Part shown: piece after piece, positions 38,270 through 48,569 of the stretch
Numbering within the stretch: position 1 is the first letter of the stretch
Layout: each line of letters begins with the position of its first letter
Origin: Muribaculaceae bacterium
Lineage (GTDB): Bacteria; Bacteroidota; Bacteroidia; Bacteroidales; Muribaculaceae
Assembly (NCBI GenBank): GCA_029071345.1
Contig: JAIEAO010000002.1
Coordinates: 23,947 to 87,946, forward strand
DNA length: 64,000 nucleotides
Direction: 5' to 3'
Notes under the pieces: generated by a model
What the model was told of the DNA's origin: nothing
Databases searched by the model: none
Seen by the model: the letters and a program-made list of their open reading frames with translations, nothing else
Position numbers and translations under genes: made by a program

Positions 38270-40311
38270 TAGTCCATCTTCTGTATAAGAGATTCGAGGG
38301 CTGCAATCTTACTGTCGAGACCGAAGAGGCGGTCGGTGGCATACCAAGTGTCAAACACTCCATGCTGAGAGCTATGGAGAGCCTTCTGTGCATTCTTGAG
38401 TTGGCGATGGGAGTCAATGAGGTGTTGTTTACGGTCGCCGTCTCCCTTATATGCTTTGAGGAAATGGTCGACGCTGTTGGAGAGAGCCGCCATATAATGA
38501 GCATAGCCCGCGAGGTTATCGTAGAAGAAGTGCTGTTTATCTTTGGGCACCCGTTTCATCATCTCATCACAACGTGCAGCCACAGCCTGAAAGCGAGGGC
38601 TGCTCAGCTCCATCCCTGCGATAATCTCATCGACATGGTTATCTGTAGTCAGACGGAAAGAGCGACCTTTCACTCGTTCGAAGCCAATGTCGGAGAGAGG
38701 ATTCTGTCGGAATTTATCAAATTGAGGTATGACTTGGTTGAACACCTGGGCATGACGGAGATCCTGGAAGATAAACTGGCGATCCATACCCGGGAATTCA
38801 GAGGGACGTTGCAACCAATAGGCTTTGTAATAATCGCGGTAGAGATCGGCGATATCGGCTGCAAGTTCTTCTCCATAATATTGAGCGCAGAAATCATTGA
38901 GGAATTTATCGGTGTCATACGATGCCATATCCCACATCATCTTTGCATTGGCCGACATCTCCATTACGAATTCACGGATGTTGCCCGCGTTGACAACACT
39001 GAATTTAAGCGGACTGCGGGAAGCGACATAACGATAGTTCTGCTCCATCTTCCAAGGACTCTCGGCAGGAGCCAAGTGGGCACCTGTAGATGTGAACTGG
39101 AGGTTCATATAGTAGCCAAGTTGCATAGGCTTTGAGAAGTCATAGTTCACGAGGTCGTCATAGGGATAATGGTCGCGACGTCCTGCCACAAATGTCCAGA
39201 GCATATTTGAAGCGGCCGGTGGCTGGAGATAACCTTTTGCGAGAAGATCGGAAAGCTCATCGTAGAAAGTCATACGCACAAACGGATCGGGATCGCCGGT
39301 GGCTTCCTTGATCATATCATACTGAATGCGCACCATCTTGTTGATGACCTCGGCACGTTCCTTATCAGTCTTGGGGGCATCAGCAAATACGCTCCAGAAA
39401 GGTTCATCTCTGCGACCACGGAATGCTATCTGCCAAAGATTCTCCTGATCGTTTTGCATGATGGTCTCCACGTTGTAAGCCCAGAACTCCTTCATGGCTT
39501 CTTCGTTTGAAAGCAGAAGCTCGGGAGCCTTTATGCCTCTCACCTTTTCCCAGTATTTCTCCCAGTTTGCAAAACTGTTGTTGAGCCCGACCATGTGATG
39601 AGATGTAAGCACGAGTCCGTATTTCTTAAGCAACTCCGCGTTGTGGCTCATCTTATGGTCAGGATAGGTGATAGTGGGACCATATTCCACTGTGTTGAGT
39701 TTCAGACGGAGCATAGCCTCATGCCAAAGCTCATCATTCTGCCATGTTTTTTCTCTCCAAGGGTCAACGAGATCCTCGTCATTGGGGAACCATGCGCGGA
39801 ATCTTACCTGTGGCGACTTCACAAAGTTGTCGTAATCGGCTGCCACCTCAACTGCAGGAGTGTATTCCGGTTTCCAGTCGCAGAAATACCAGAGAGGAGG
39901 AACCCCGAGGAAATCTTCCGAAAAAGTATATACGGCATAAATCGCTCCACGCATATCTTTACCGAGAAGATATATGTTGCGGTTCTTCTCATCAGTATAG
40001 AGACGATGAGATTCGAAATCATCAAGAGGTTTCAGGGTGAGGCTCCCGATATTTTTTGCGTCAGCAGCATCGAGAGCAATTATGTTGATGATTTTGCCGT
40101 CATTGGCCATGACGGAGTCAACATCGGGAATCCATCGCATAACTTTGCCGAAGTCTCTTGCAAGCGACTTTGCTGCCAGCGTCAATGGTTCGGGGGTTCC
40201 CGATGGTGTTACAATTTTGAAGTTCCCAGGCTTCAGGATGAGTGCTGAAGCCACAGCAGCCTGCGACAAACCAGCGGCCACAATTAAAAGAGTGCCTATG
40301 TATCGTTTCAT
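38269..40311 (-). CDS. GH115-like alpha-glucuronidase
   Basis: RGAIYAVYTFSE..LGVPPLWYF, FRAWFPNDED, LRLKLN, TSHH, FRGRRDEPF, VVNAGNIRE. Confidence 0.7.
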   Translation of the reverse strand: MKRYIGTLLIVAAGLSQAAVASALILKPGNFKIVTPSGTPEPLTLAAKSLARDFGKVMRWIPDVDSVMANDGKIINIIALDAADAKNIGSLTLKPLDDFESHRLYTDEKNRNIYLLGKDMRGAIYAVYTFSEDFLGVPPLWYFCDWKPEYTPAVEVAADYDNFVKSPQVRFRAWFPNDEDLVDPWREKTWQNDELWHEAMLRLKLNTVEYGPTITYPDHKMSHNAELLKKYGLVLTSHHMVGLNNSFANWEKYWEKVRGIKAPELLLSNEEAMKEFWAYNVETIMQNDQENLWQIAFRGRRDEPFWSVFADAPKTDKERAEVINKMVRIQYDMIKEATGDPDPFVRMTFYDELSDLLAKGYLQPPAASNMLWTFVAGRRDHYPYDDLVNYDFSKPMQLGYYMNLQFTSTGAHLAPAESPWKMEQNYRYVASRSPLKFSVVNAGNIREFVMEMSANAKMMWDMASYDTDKFLNDFCAQYYGEELAADIADLYRDYYKAYWLQRPSEFPGMDRQFIFQDLRHAQVFNQVIPQFDKFRQNPLSDIGFERVKGRSFRLTTDNHVDEIIAGMELSSPRFQAVAARCDEMMKRVPKDKQHFFYDNLAGYAHYMAALSNSVDHFLKAYKGDGDRKQHLIDSHRQLKNAQKALHSSQHGVFDTWYATDRLFGLDSKIAALESLIQKMD

Positions 40312-40327
40312 TATAATGCTTTTACAA

Positions 40328-40335
40328 CAAAATTA
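40328..40335 (-). promoter_or_regulatory. -7 promoter box for the leftward operon
   Basis: CAAAATTA = TAATTTTG on minus strand, 16 nt before the ATG; second candidate at 40371-40378. Confidence 0.5.
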
Positions 40336-40562
40336 CTAAATCCGGATATTAAGATTGTATATTATTTCGCCAAATATATATCGAAAGGTAACCGTCAGTA
40401 CACTTTTTCAGTTATCGAATCGGTGATGGCGGGGAAGCATACATAATAGTCGCAATAGACAACATCTATTTGCCTTAAATAAACTTATTTTGAACACGCT
40501 AATTATACACCCTGCTACAGATTCGTTCGGACATCTGCATGGAGGGTCTAACCCAATAATTC

Positions 40563-43208
40563 ATGAAAAAACCATTTTGTTTTTTTACAGCCTGCATGAT
40601 GGTGGCCTCGTCGTTCGCGCAGGTAGAATTAACTTCACGAGCCGGACATGACGGCAACTACGACTGGCAGATGACGAGATGCGGCGATATCTCCGAAGGG
40701 GGTGAAAACATCTCTATGCCCGGTTTTAAGAGCGACAAGGGGCTCGACGCCATTGTGCCGGGAACGGTACTGACCTCTCTCGTCAACGCGGGAGTATATC
40801 CTGACCCATATTTTGGAATGAACAATAAGATCAGCGAGGATAAGATTCCGGATATTTCTAAAGCAGGTCGCGACTTCTACACCTACTGGTGGCGCACCGA
40901 ATTCGATATACCCGAGGATATGAAAGGTAAGACGATCTGGCTCGAGCCTCAGGGTGTCAACTACCGGGCCGAAGTCTGGGTCAACGGAAGATTGGTCGAT
41001 ACGATGAACGGGATGTTCAAGGGCAACTACATAGATATTACCGATTACGTCAGCTCCCACGGACCGAATGGACTTGCCTTCAAAGTCCTGCCTGTGGATA
41101 TGCCGGGGTCTGTCAAACCAAAGGATTGGGGAGCAAAGGGGGAATTCCATAACGGCGGCGATGGCAATATCGGAGCCAATGTCACGCAACTTATGACGGT
41201 GGGATGGGATTTCACTTATTATGACGGCATCCGCGACCGCAACACAGGAATATGGCGCCCTGTCACACTCCGCGCCACAGGACCTGTAGCTTTACGACAT
41301 CCTTTCGTCAAGACCGATCTTCAGCATCCATTCACAGCAGCAAAGGAAACTGTAAGCGTTGAGGTCTATAATCCTTCAAAGCAGAATCGTCTTGTCACCT
41401 ACAAGGTGAAGGGAAAGATCACGCCGGGTGACATCTCATTCGAAAAGGATGTGACTCTCGACCGTGGACAGCATAAAGAAGTGGTGTTCTCCCCCGATGA
41501 ATTCCCCCAACTTGTAATTGATAATCCAAAGCTATGGTGGCCTAAGAATAAAGGTGAGCAGAATCTTTATACTCTCGATATCGAAGTTGTGGATAAGGAT
41601 GGTAATGTATCAGACTCCACTTCAACAGAGTTCGGTATACGCCATGTTGAGACTGTGCGTGACACTCCGGATCACAGCAAGCTTTTTGTAGTTAATGGTG
41701 TTCCCATGTTCATCCGGGGAACCAACTGGATTCCGGAAGCTATGCTCCGCACCGATGACAAGCGTATGGAAGCGGAACTCGCATACACTGCGCAGACCGG
41801 TATCAATCTGCTCCGCTTGTGGGGCGGTGGCATAGCCGAGACAGATAAATTCTATGAATTGTGTGATAAATATGGAATCCTTGTGTGGCAGGAATTCTGG
41901 ATGACGGGCGATACTCGCCATCCTCAGGATGAGGCTCTCTATCTGGCAAACCTTGAGTCGACCCTCAAGCGCATCCGTAATCATCCATCAATTGCGTTCT
42001 ATGTGTCGAGCAATGAGAGCACCGAAGTCTCGGGAGCAAAAGAACTGATGGAAAGACTTGACGGCACGCGCCCTTACCAGATGCAGAGTGAGTGTGACGG
42101 CGTACATGACGGTTCCCCCTACAAACAGGTCAACCCTATGCAGCATTACACGAACACCGCTTCCGACCGCGGTTCACGCGTAGACGGCTTTAACCCGGAA
42201 TACGGTGCGCCGACTTTGCCGGTAGTGGAAAGCCTGCGCCGCATGATGCCTGAAAAAGACCTGTGGCCTATCAATAAGGACACGTGGAACTATCTCGACG
42301 GCAACGGATTTCATCTGATGACGAAGCTCTATAATGATATGACACTCCAGTATGGCGACTGCGACAATATTGAGCAATATGCCAAGCAGGGGCAACTTGT
42401 AGGAGCCATGAACTCCAAGAGTATCTGGGAAGTGTGGAACCGAAATAAACTCAATTACGGCGACCGCTTCTGTTCGGGTCTTCTCTTCTGGTATCACAAT
42501 AATCCCAATCCACAGGTCTGTGCACGTCAATGGGATTACTATCTTGAGCCTACCGCCTCACTCTATCACACCGCCAATGCGCTCGAACCTCTCCATATTC
42601 AGTATGACTATCTAACCAACACCGTGAGCGTAATCAACGACAGGCTTGAACCCGCCGACAACCTTACCGCAACAGCTACGCTCTATGATCTCAACAGCAA
42701 GCGCATCGATAGCCGGACGGTAAAGACCTCTGTACCTGCCGATGGCGTGGCGGAAGATATAATGACAATCGGGATTCCTGAGAGTATCACTCCCGTACAG
42801 TTTATCTCACTTGAATTGACCGATGCGAAAGAAAATGTGCTGAGCCGCAACTTTTATTGGCGGTCCAGCAACGAGTTTGAAGGGCCGTGGACATTGACCG
42901 GCCCGACTACCGCCGGATTCCAGTCACTGAGAGATATGCCTGCGACGAGGGTGAAAGCATCCAAGAAGAAGATTGCCGACGACAAATATCTGGTCACACT
43001 GAGCAACAGGGGCAAGAACATAGCATTTTTCTTGCAGTTGCAGTTGCGCGATAAGCAGGGGCAACCAATCAACCGTACGATCTACACCGATAATTTCCTT
43101 TCTCTACTTCCAGGGGAGAAACGCGATATCGTGATCACCGTTCCCTCCGGATCGGCTCCCGACACTATAATGCTCGATGGCTGGAACATTTCTTCAGTTA
43201 ATCTATGA
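40563..43208 (+). CDS. GH2, beta-mannosidase/exo-beta-glucosaminidase type
   Basis: VPGTVLTSL, GVNYRAEVWVNG, FIRGTNW, LRLWGGG, VWQEF, RNHPS..SSNE. Confidence 0.88.
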   Translation: MKKPFCFFTACMMVASSFAQVELTSRAGHDGNYDWQMTRCGDISEGGENISMPGFKSDKGLDAIVPGTVLTSLVNAGVYPDPYFGMNNKISEDKIPDISKAGRDFYTYWWRTEFDIPEDMKGKTIWLEPQGVNYRAEVWVNGRLVDTMNGMFKGNYIDITDYVSSHGPNGLAFKVLPVDMPGSVKPKDWGAKGEFHNGGDGNIGANVTQLMTVGWDFTYYDGIRDRNTGIWRPVTLRATGPVALRHPFVKTDLQHPFTAAKETVSVEVYNPSKQNRLVTYKVKGKITPGDISFEKDVTLDRGQHKEVVFSPDEFPQLVIDNPKLWWPKNKGEQNLYTLDIEVVDKDGNVSDSTSTEFGIRHVETVRDTPDHSKLFVVNGVPMFIRGTNWIPEAMLRTDDKRMEAELAYTAQTGINLLRLWGGGIAETDKFYELCDKYGILVWQEFWMTGDTRHPQDEALYLANLESTLKRIRNHPSIAFYVSSNESTEVSGAKELMERLDGTRPYQMQSECDGVHDGSPYKQVNPMQHYTNTASDRGSRVDGFNPEYGAPTLPVVESLRRMMPEKDLWPINKDTWNYLDGNGFHLMTKLYNDMTLQYGDCDNIEQYAKQGQLVGAMNSKSIWEVWNRNKLNYGDRFCSGLLFWYHNNPNPQVCARQWDYYLEPTASLYHTANALEPLHIQYDYLTNTVSVINDRLEPADNLTATATLYDLNSKRIDSRTVKTSVPADGVAEDIMTIGIPESITPVQFISLELTDAKENVLSRNFYWRSSNEFEGPWTLTGPTTAGFQSLRDMPATRVKASKKKIADDKYLVTLSNRGKNIAFFLQLQLRDKQGQPINRTIYTDNFLSLLPGEKRDIVITVPSGSAPDTIMLDGWNISSVNL

Positions 43209-43297
43209 ATCCCCTAACATGAACTGACTTAATAACGGAGAAAGCATTACAATACTCACATTAAAGTAGAATATAATTTAAAGTAAAATATAATATT

Positions 43298-44773
43298 ATG
43301 AAGAAAGCTTTTATTCTCTTAGGATTAGCTCATATAAGCGTTACGGCATTCGGTGCCGATTTCACGCTCAACGAACTGTCCAAACAGGCTGGCACAACTA
43401 AGCCGGTCACCTCCATAGTGCAAAACGCCATTGATAAATGTGCCAAGTCAGGAGGTGGCACCGTGACCATTCCGTCAGGGGAATATGTGACAGGTGCGCT
43501 CGCACTCAAGGACGGCGTGGAGCTTCACCTCAGCGGTGGCACTGTGCTTAAAGGTTCCACCAATCATCCTGAAGATTATTCCGCCGGACGCGGCGTAATC
43601 ACCGGAAAGAATGTCAAGGGGTGTTCCGTCACCGGTTGCGGTGTTATCGACGGTCAGGGGTGGCACGAAAATTTTCAGCGCTACGGTAATAATCAGGGCA
43701 ACCGTCCGCATGCCATCTTTTTTGAGGATTGCACCGATGTCACCGTAAAGGACGTTTATGTGCGCAATGCGGCATGGTGGTCGTTCCGCCTTTTCCGTTG
43801 CGATGGAGTCACCATTGACAATGTGAAGGTCTACAGTCACTCGATCGTGAACAACGACGGCATCGATGTCGATGCCCGCAACGTTACCATCTCCAACTGC
43901 CGCATCGACTCTGACGACGACGGTATCTGCCTTAAGAGCGACGATCCCAATTTCATGCCTGAAAACATCACTATCACAAACTGTATCATCGGCTCCAATT
44001 GCAATCCTATAAAGCTCGGGACTTCAAGCTATTGCGGTTTTCGCGACATTGTTGTCTCCAACTGTGTGATACATCGCCCCGCTGAGAGCAATGTCTGGGA
44101 TTGGTCGAAGGAATATCCCGGTGTCAACAAAGGAGAGCTCACCGGTCTGGCAGGTATTGCCATAGAGAGTGTGGATGGAGGGGCGATTGAGAATGTGCAT
44201 TTCTCAAATATCTCGATGACGGGTATCATTACTCCGATTTTCATCTGCCTTAACGGGCGTCACGGTGTAGGTTCGATCCGCAATGTTACTGTTGAAGGTG
44301 TCACAGCTAAGGCACTCGGTCAGATTCCTTCTCTCATCAGTGGTGTTCCCGGTGGTATTATCGATGGTGTCACCCTGCGCGACATCTGGGTTGAACACCG
44401 TGGAGGTGCCGGACAGGAAATAGCCGATGCCAAACTTAAGGAAAACCTCAACGGGTATCCCGAGAACCGTATGTATGGAAACACCAATCCTGCCAATGGT
44501 CTTTATGTGCGCCATGCGAAAAACGTAGTAATCGATAACTACCGTATCTCTCTTCTCAATGAGGACGCGCGGCCTGCTGTGATGATGGAAGATGTCGAGA
44601 ATGCCGAAATCGGCAATATCACTACTACGGATCCGAATCACGACAAACCTCTTCTCCGCCTTGTGGACTGTCGCGATTTCTTTATCAGAAACAGCGGTTT
44701 CATTCAGAAGCTCACCAACCCGGTCAAGACCGAAGGCTCAACTTCCGGCATCATCTGCGAATTCAATAATTAA
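43298..44773 (+). CDS. GH28 polygalacturonase-family enzyme
   Basis: NNDGIDVD, DDDGICLKS, GGGTVTIPSGEY, beta-helix repeats. Confidence 0.88.
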   Translation: MKKAFILLGLAHISVTAFGADFTLNELSKQAGTTKPVTSIVQNAIDKCAKSGGGTVTIPSGEYVTGALALKDGVELHLSGGTVLKGSTNHPEDYSAGRGVITGKNVKGCSVTGCGVIDGQGWHENFQRYGNNQGNRPHAIFFEDCTDVTVKDVYVRNAAWWSFRLFRCDGVTIDNVKVYSHSIVNNDGIDVDARNVTISNCRIDSDDDGICLKSDDPNFMPENITITNCIIGSNCNPIKLGTSSYCGFRDIVVSNCVIHRPAESNVWDWSKEYPGVNKGELTGLAGIAIESVDGGAIENVHFSNISMTGIITPIFICLNGRHGVGSIRNVTVEGVTAKALGQIPSLISGVPGGIIDGVTLRDIWVEHRGGAGQEIADAKLKENLNGYPENRMYGNTNPANGLYVRHAKNVVIDNYRISLLNEDARPAVMMEDVENAEIGNITTTDPNHDKPLLRLVDCRDFFIRNSGFIQKLTNPVKTEGSTSGIICEFNN

Positions 44774-44797
44774 GCAGTTCTAATATATTTAAACTTG

Positions 44798-44864
44798 AAA
44801 GGGGCGTTTCCGAACCACGGAACGCCCCTTTTTCTAAAGAGACATCATTATAATGATGTCTCTT
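44798..44864. terminator. Convergent terminator hairpin plus 28-bp perfect palindrome
   Basis: AAAGGGGCGTT...AACGCCCCTTT (44798-44831); AAGAGACATCATTA|TAATGATGTCTCTT (44837-44864). Confidence 0.75.
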
Positions 44865-44918
44865 GATGTTTGTAAATCAAGGCTTCGACTCATGAAAAAT
44901 GACAGAGCCTCAGATCAA

Positions 44919-46694
44919 TCAGAATGCTTCTATCGAGAAGTGATATTTTGAATCCCTGTTGAAGTAACCGGCCTCATATTCAGTATTTCTAACCATTATG
45001 GAATGCTGAAGATTATCAGGATCGGTTCCCCAGTGCAGTATATAGCCGTCTGCATTCTTTACAGGATTCCATTTGAAACTGATCCTGCGCGGATCATCCT
45101 GATTTCTTGTCACTTCAAAGGCTGTGACATCATCAAGCTTTCCGCGTGTATCCTTGCCGAATACCCGTAGATCCATAATGGAAAATTTGCATGGGAGATC
45201 AGCCATATTGGTTATCCTGACAAATCTTCCGCGAACAGGGGTGTCTGAAAGAATCAGTTCGTGGGGGAGATCTTTGCTGTTATGTCGTTTATCCTTGAAG
45301 ATTTTCCAATTGGAATTATCGGTAGATGTCTCAATGATATATTGATGAGGTATCTCTTCTCCCATTAATGCCTTTGCTCCGTCGTCGGAGAAATTCACCT
45401 GTATGGCATTAATGTCGCATACAGAATCAAGGTCTACCGTCAGCCATTCTCCGGCGTTGCCGGTTGCGGCTGTCCACCATGATTCTATTGTCTCATCCGT
45501 AGCATATTTTGCCAATCCGGTCTTACCATATTTTTCAGAAGGCTTCTCCAGCTCACCTTCCGATGAAGCGGATACCTTTTTATCAAGGGCCAGTTGTCTC
45601 CATCCGGGTGAGAAGTCCCTGTCGCCGAATACCTTTGTGTGAATATCAACTTTCTGTTGAGGAATATAGAAAGGATAATCGGAAAATACTGTAGACGAAG
45701 TCATACTCCCATCCTTTATTATCACAGGGAATAATCCTAATCTTCGTTCATACCAATGTCTCACTCCCACTAACATGGATGCCACATGCCATAAATTACC
45801 GTATTTATCCCTGAATGTATGACCGTGACCGGCGGCCCCTATAAATCCTCCGGGCTTCAGAGAGAAAGGACTGTCTTCCATATATTCAAACGGACCCAGA
45901 GGAGATTCACCTGCATAGACACCGTCGCAATAGGTACGGAACTGTGTCCCGTTGCTGGCATACTGCAAATAGTATTTGCCGTCAGCCTTGATGATTGCCG
46001 GACCTTCATTCCATCCGTTAGCATCCTCTTCGTTGTTTTCTCCAAACTGCTCCCATCCATATTTTTCGCGGTTATGCCCAATAAGTTCGACAGCTTCTCC
46101 TATAGCCCTGAAGCCATCTTTGGGATCTACCTCCACGCCTATAATGGGATTGACATCAGAACATCCCCAATAGAAGTATACTCTTCCGTCATCGTCTTTA
46201 AAGAACGAGGGGTCATGCTGATGGATGTGGCTTATTTTGCACTCTATTTCTTCCCAGGATGTGCCATCCTCCGGAGTGTTGGTTTTAAAGATCCTCGTAG
46301 GATTTCCATCGCTTGATGCGGTGAAATATAAAGCATCGTCATATACAAGTATAGTAGGTGCATAGTCATTGATGATGTCGACTGACGGACACGGAATATA
46401 CTCCCAATGAGCCAGATCCTTTGATTTCCAGTACCCGTTTGATTTTGAAGCGAAAAGCCAGTAATAGCCATTGAAGTATTCACAGGCAGGATCGGCCGCC
46501 TCTCTTCTTGGAAGATCCCTGTCCTCAGGTTGAAACTGATAATTCAGACTGATCGGGTTAATTGCTATCGGACCGCACCTGCCGTCGGCAATTGCCGGTT
46601 GAGTTTTTTCACCGGTTTCCTTTCTATCGGCATAAGCATCCCTACCGGAGATGGATGCAAGAATAAGGAGTGTTAAATAAATAGAGTGCTTCAT
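44919..46694 (-). CDS. GH43 with CBM32/F5-8 and Fn3-like domains
   Basis: REAADP, YAPT, HDPSFFKDDDGRVYFYWG, WNEGP, AGHG; discoidin WLTVDL...GRFVRI. Confidence 0.87.
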   Translation of the reverse strand: MKHSIYLTLLILASISGRDAYADRKETGEKTQPAIADGRCGPIAINPISLNYQFQPEDRDLPRREAADPACEYFNGYYWLFASKSNGYWKSKDLAHWEYIPCPSVDIINDYAPTILVYDDALYFTASSDGNPTRIFKTNTPEDGTSWEEIECKISHIHQHDPSFFKDDDGRVYFYWGCSDVNPIIGVEVDPKDGFRAIGEAVELIGHNREKYGWEQFGENNEEDANGWNEGPAIIKADGKYYLQYASNGTQFRTYCDGVYAGESPLGPFEYMEDSPFSLKPGGFIGAAGHGHTFRDKYGNLWHVASMLVGVRHWYERRLGLFPVIIKDGSMTSSTVFSDYPFYIPQQKVDIHTKVFGDRDFSPGWRQLALDKKVSASSEGELEKPSEKYGKTGLAKYATDETIESWWTAATGNAGEWLTVDLDSVCDINAIQVNFSDDGAKALMGEEIPHQYIIETSTDNSNWKIFKDKRHNSKDLPHELILSDTPVRGRFVRITNMADLPCKFSIMDLRVFGKDTRGKLDDVTAFEVTRNQDDPRRISFKWNPVKNADGYILHWGTDPDNLQHSIMVRNTEYEAGYFNRDSKYHFSIEAF

Positions 46695-46716
46695 GTGTAA
46701 AGGTTGTGTTATATGC

Positions 46717-46759
46717 TTTCATTCGTTGACGGCGATTGAAACGCCGTCAACGAATGAAA
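46717..46759 (-). terminator. 18-bp perfect stem-loop
   Basis: TTTCATTCGTTGACGGCG-ATTGAAA-CGCCGTCAACGAATGAAA. Confidence 0.75.
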
Positions 46760-46764
46760 ACATA

Positions 46765-48564
46765 TTATCGGTTCTGATTTTTAGTTGAGTAGTAGTCGCG
46801 CATGATATACCATGCAGCCTTTCTCTCTCCTCGGTCGGATGTCAGCCCCTTACGGTTGAATTCCAATCCCTGAAGCGGAGAGAATCGTGTGGGAGAGCGG
46901 AAGTCGAAAAGAATCCAAGGTGATACCCCGGCAAGATTGGGAACGTTCTCGAACATTCTGAGGTTCTTTCTGTAGAGGTCTGCCTGATAATCTTCGCTCC
47001 ACGACCACTTTGCCTCTCCGTTGCCATGTCGGCCATACTGAGCTTCACCTCCGAATTCGGTGAACACAAGCGGCTTGTCTGTCTTTACGTTCCAACTCAT
47101 TTCTGAAGGATCCACCCGCCAGTTGTCATACCATCCCACATATTTGTTGATGCCGACAACGTCTACAAGATCGAGCGCGGGGTCATTATTGATTTCCCAG
47201 CATTTATTCTCTTTGTTCCAGCTTGAGTTGTCGAAAGCTGCGGAGATGAGTTTGGTGTCGTCTATCCCCTGAGCTGTCTCTTTCATCTTTGCGAGGAATG
47301 CGTTGCGGGCTTCAGATGGGCGCGTCTCGTTGGCTATTCCCCAAATAGCAAGAGCAGCACGGTTCTTGTCGCGGTTCACCATTTCCGACATCATTCTCTG
47401 CGCCTTAGCCTGCGTTGAGTCGTTGGCGAAGTCAATCCCCTGCCATATTGGGATCTCCTCCCAAAGCATGAATCCCATTTTCTCAGCCATGCGCACCGTA
47501 TGCTCGTTCTGCGGATAGTGAGCAAGTCGGATAAAGTTGACTCCTAAATCTTTGGCCTCATTAAGCAACATCGCAGCGTCGGAAGCGGAATATGCCCGCC
47601 CCTTGCGCTGAGGTATCTCCTCGTGGAAACTTACACCGCATAAAAACACCGGCCGGTCGTTGAGAAGCACCTGAGTGCCATTCGTTCTGATATTGCGGAA
47701 CCCAATCTCTTCCGATACAGTGTCGCGAGATGAGGCAAGAGTCACTTCATATAATTTCGGGTTGTCGATATCCCAGCGCACGAGGTTTTTAACCGTGAAA
47801 GAAGCGGATGCTTTCCCATTCTCATCGGTGGTGAGTTTCTGATTTACCTTCAATTCCGGAATGCTCAGGGTTATATTCTCGCCGACTGTCGGAGTTGAAA
47901 GCTTCACATCGGCGTGAATGAGCTTCGGATTCTGCTTGTCAAGACGTATATAATAGTCATCGATATGATTTTCCGGCACTCGGATTATGAATACATCGCG
48001 TGTGATGCCTCCGTAATTCCACCAGTCAAAGTTCATGGCAGGGATCGCGTCAGGGCGGCGATTGTTATTCACCGCCACCGCGATGAAATTATCCTTACCC
48101 TTCACCTTGTCGGTTATGTCAAACTGGAATGGAGTGAAACCACCCTCATGGTGCCCGATCGGTTCGGCATTCAGGTAGACATCCGCCACGTTTGCCACTC
48201 CTGCGAAATAAAGCAGCAGTTTTTCACCCGGAGCAGGTTCGGGTATGTCAAAATATCGTCCGTACCAAACAGTGCCCTCGTAATATTTCAGTTCCGGCAA
48301 CTGTGAATTGAAGTCTCCCGGCACATTAAGCACGAGGCCTTCATCAAATGAATACTCTCTGAATTCATTATTGTTCCGGGGTTTGCGGTTTTTCCACATA
48401 TCCCATCGTCCTCTCTCGTAAGGGTCTATGATGGCGTGCCATTCCCCGTTAAGAGATTGGGAATTGCGTCCGTATGCGTTTATGATTGGAGACTGTGCCC
48501 ATGCCCCTACCGATGACAGGCATATCAGCACGGCTGCAAACGCGTGCTTAATAATAATTTTCAT
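46765..48564 (-). CDS. GH2 beta-glucuronidase (UidA-like)
   Basis: HEGGFTPF, DWWNYGGITRDV, IRLAHYP, WGIANE, TEFG, NRKG (N-x-K-G glucuronidase motif). Confidence 0.9.
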   Translation of the reverse strand: MKIIIKHAFAAVLICLSSVGAWAQSPIINAYGRNSQSLNGEWHAIIDPYERGRWDMWKNRKPRNNNEFREYSFDEGLVLNVPGDFNSQLPELKYYEGTVWYGRYFDIPEPAPGEKLLLYFAGVANVADVYLNAEPIGHHEGGFTPFQFDITDKVKGKDNFIAVAVNNNRRPDAIPAMNFDWWNYGGITRDVFIIRVPENHIDDYYIRLDKQNPKLIHADVKLSTPTVGENITLSIPELKVNQKLTTDENGKASASFTVKNLVRWDIDNPKLYEVTLASSRDTVSEEIGFRNIRTNGTQVLLNDRPVFLCGVSFHEEIPQRKGRAYSASDAAMLLNEAKDLGVNFIRLAHYPQNEHTVRMAEKMGFMLWEEIPIWQGIDFANDSTQAKAQRMMSEMVNRDKNRAALAIWGIANETRPSEARNAFLAKMKETAQGIDDTKLISAAFDNSSWNKENKCWEINNDPALDLVDVVGINKYVGWYDNWRVDPSEMSWNVKTDKPLVFTEFGGEAQYGRHGNGEAKWSWSEDYQADLYRKNLRMFENVPNLAGVSPWILFDFRSPTRFSPLQGLEFNRKGLTSDRGERKAAWYIMRDYYSTKNQNR

Positions 48565-48569
48565 GAAAA

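Noticed and set aside
38254-39135. Long antisense ORFs (also 59503-60315, 12878-13546, 3333-3947 and others)
   Set aside because: Shadow frames of well-supported genes, with no recognisable motifs
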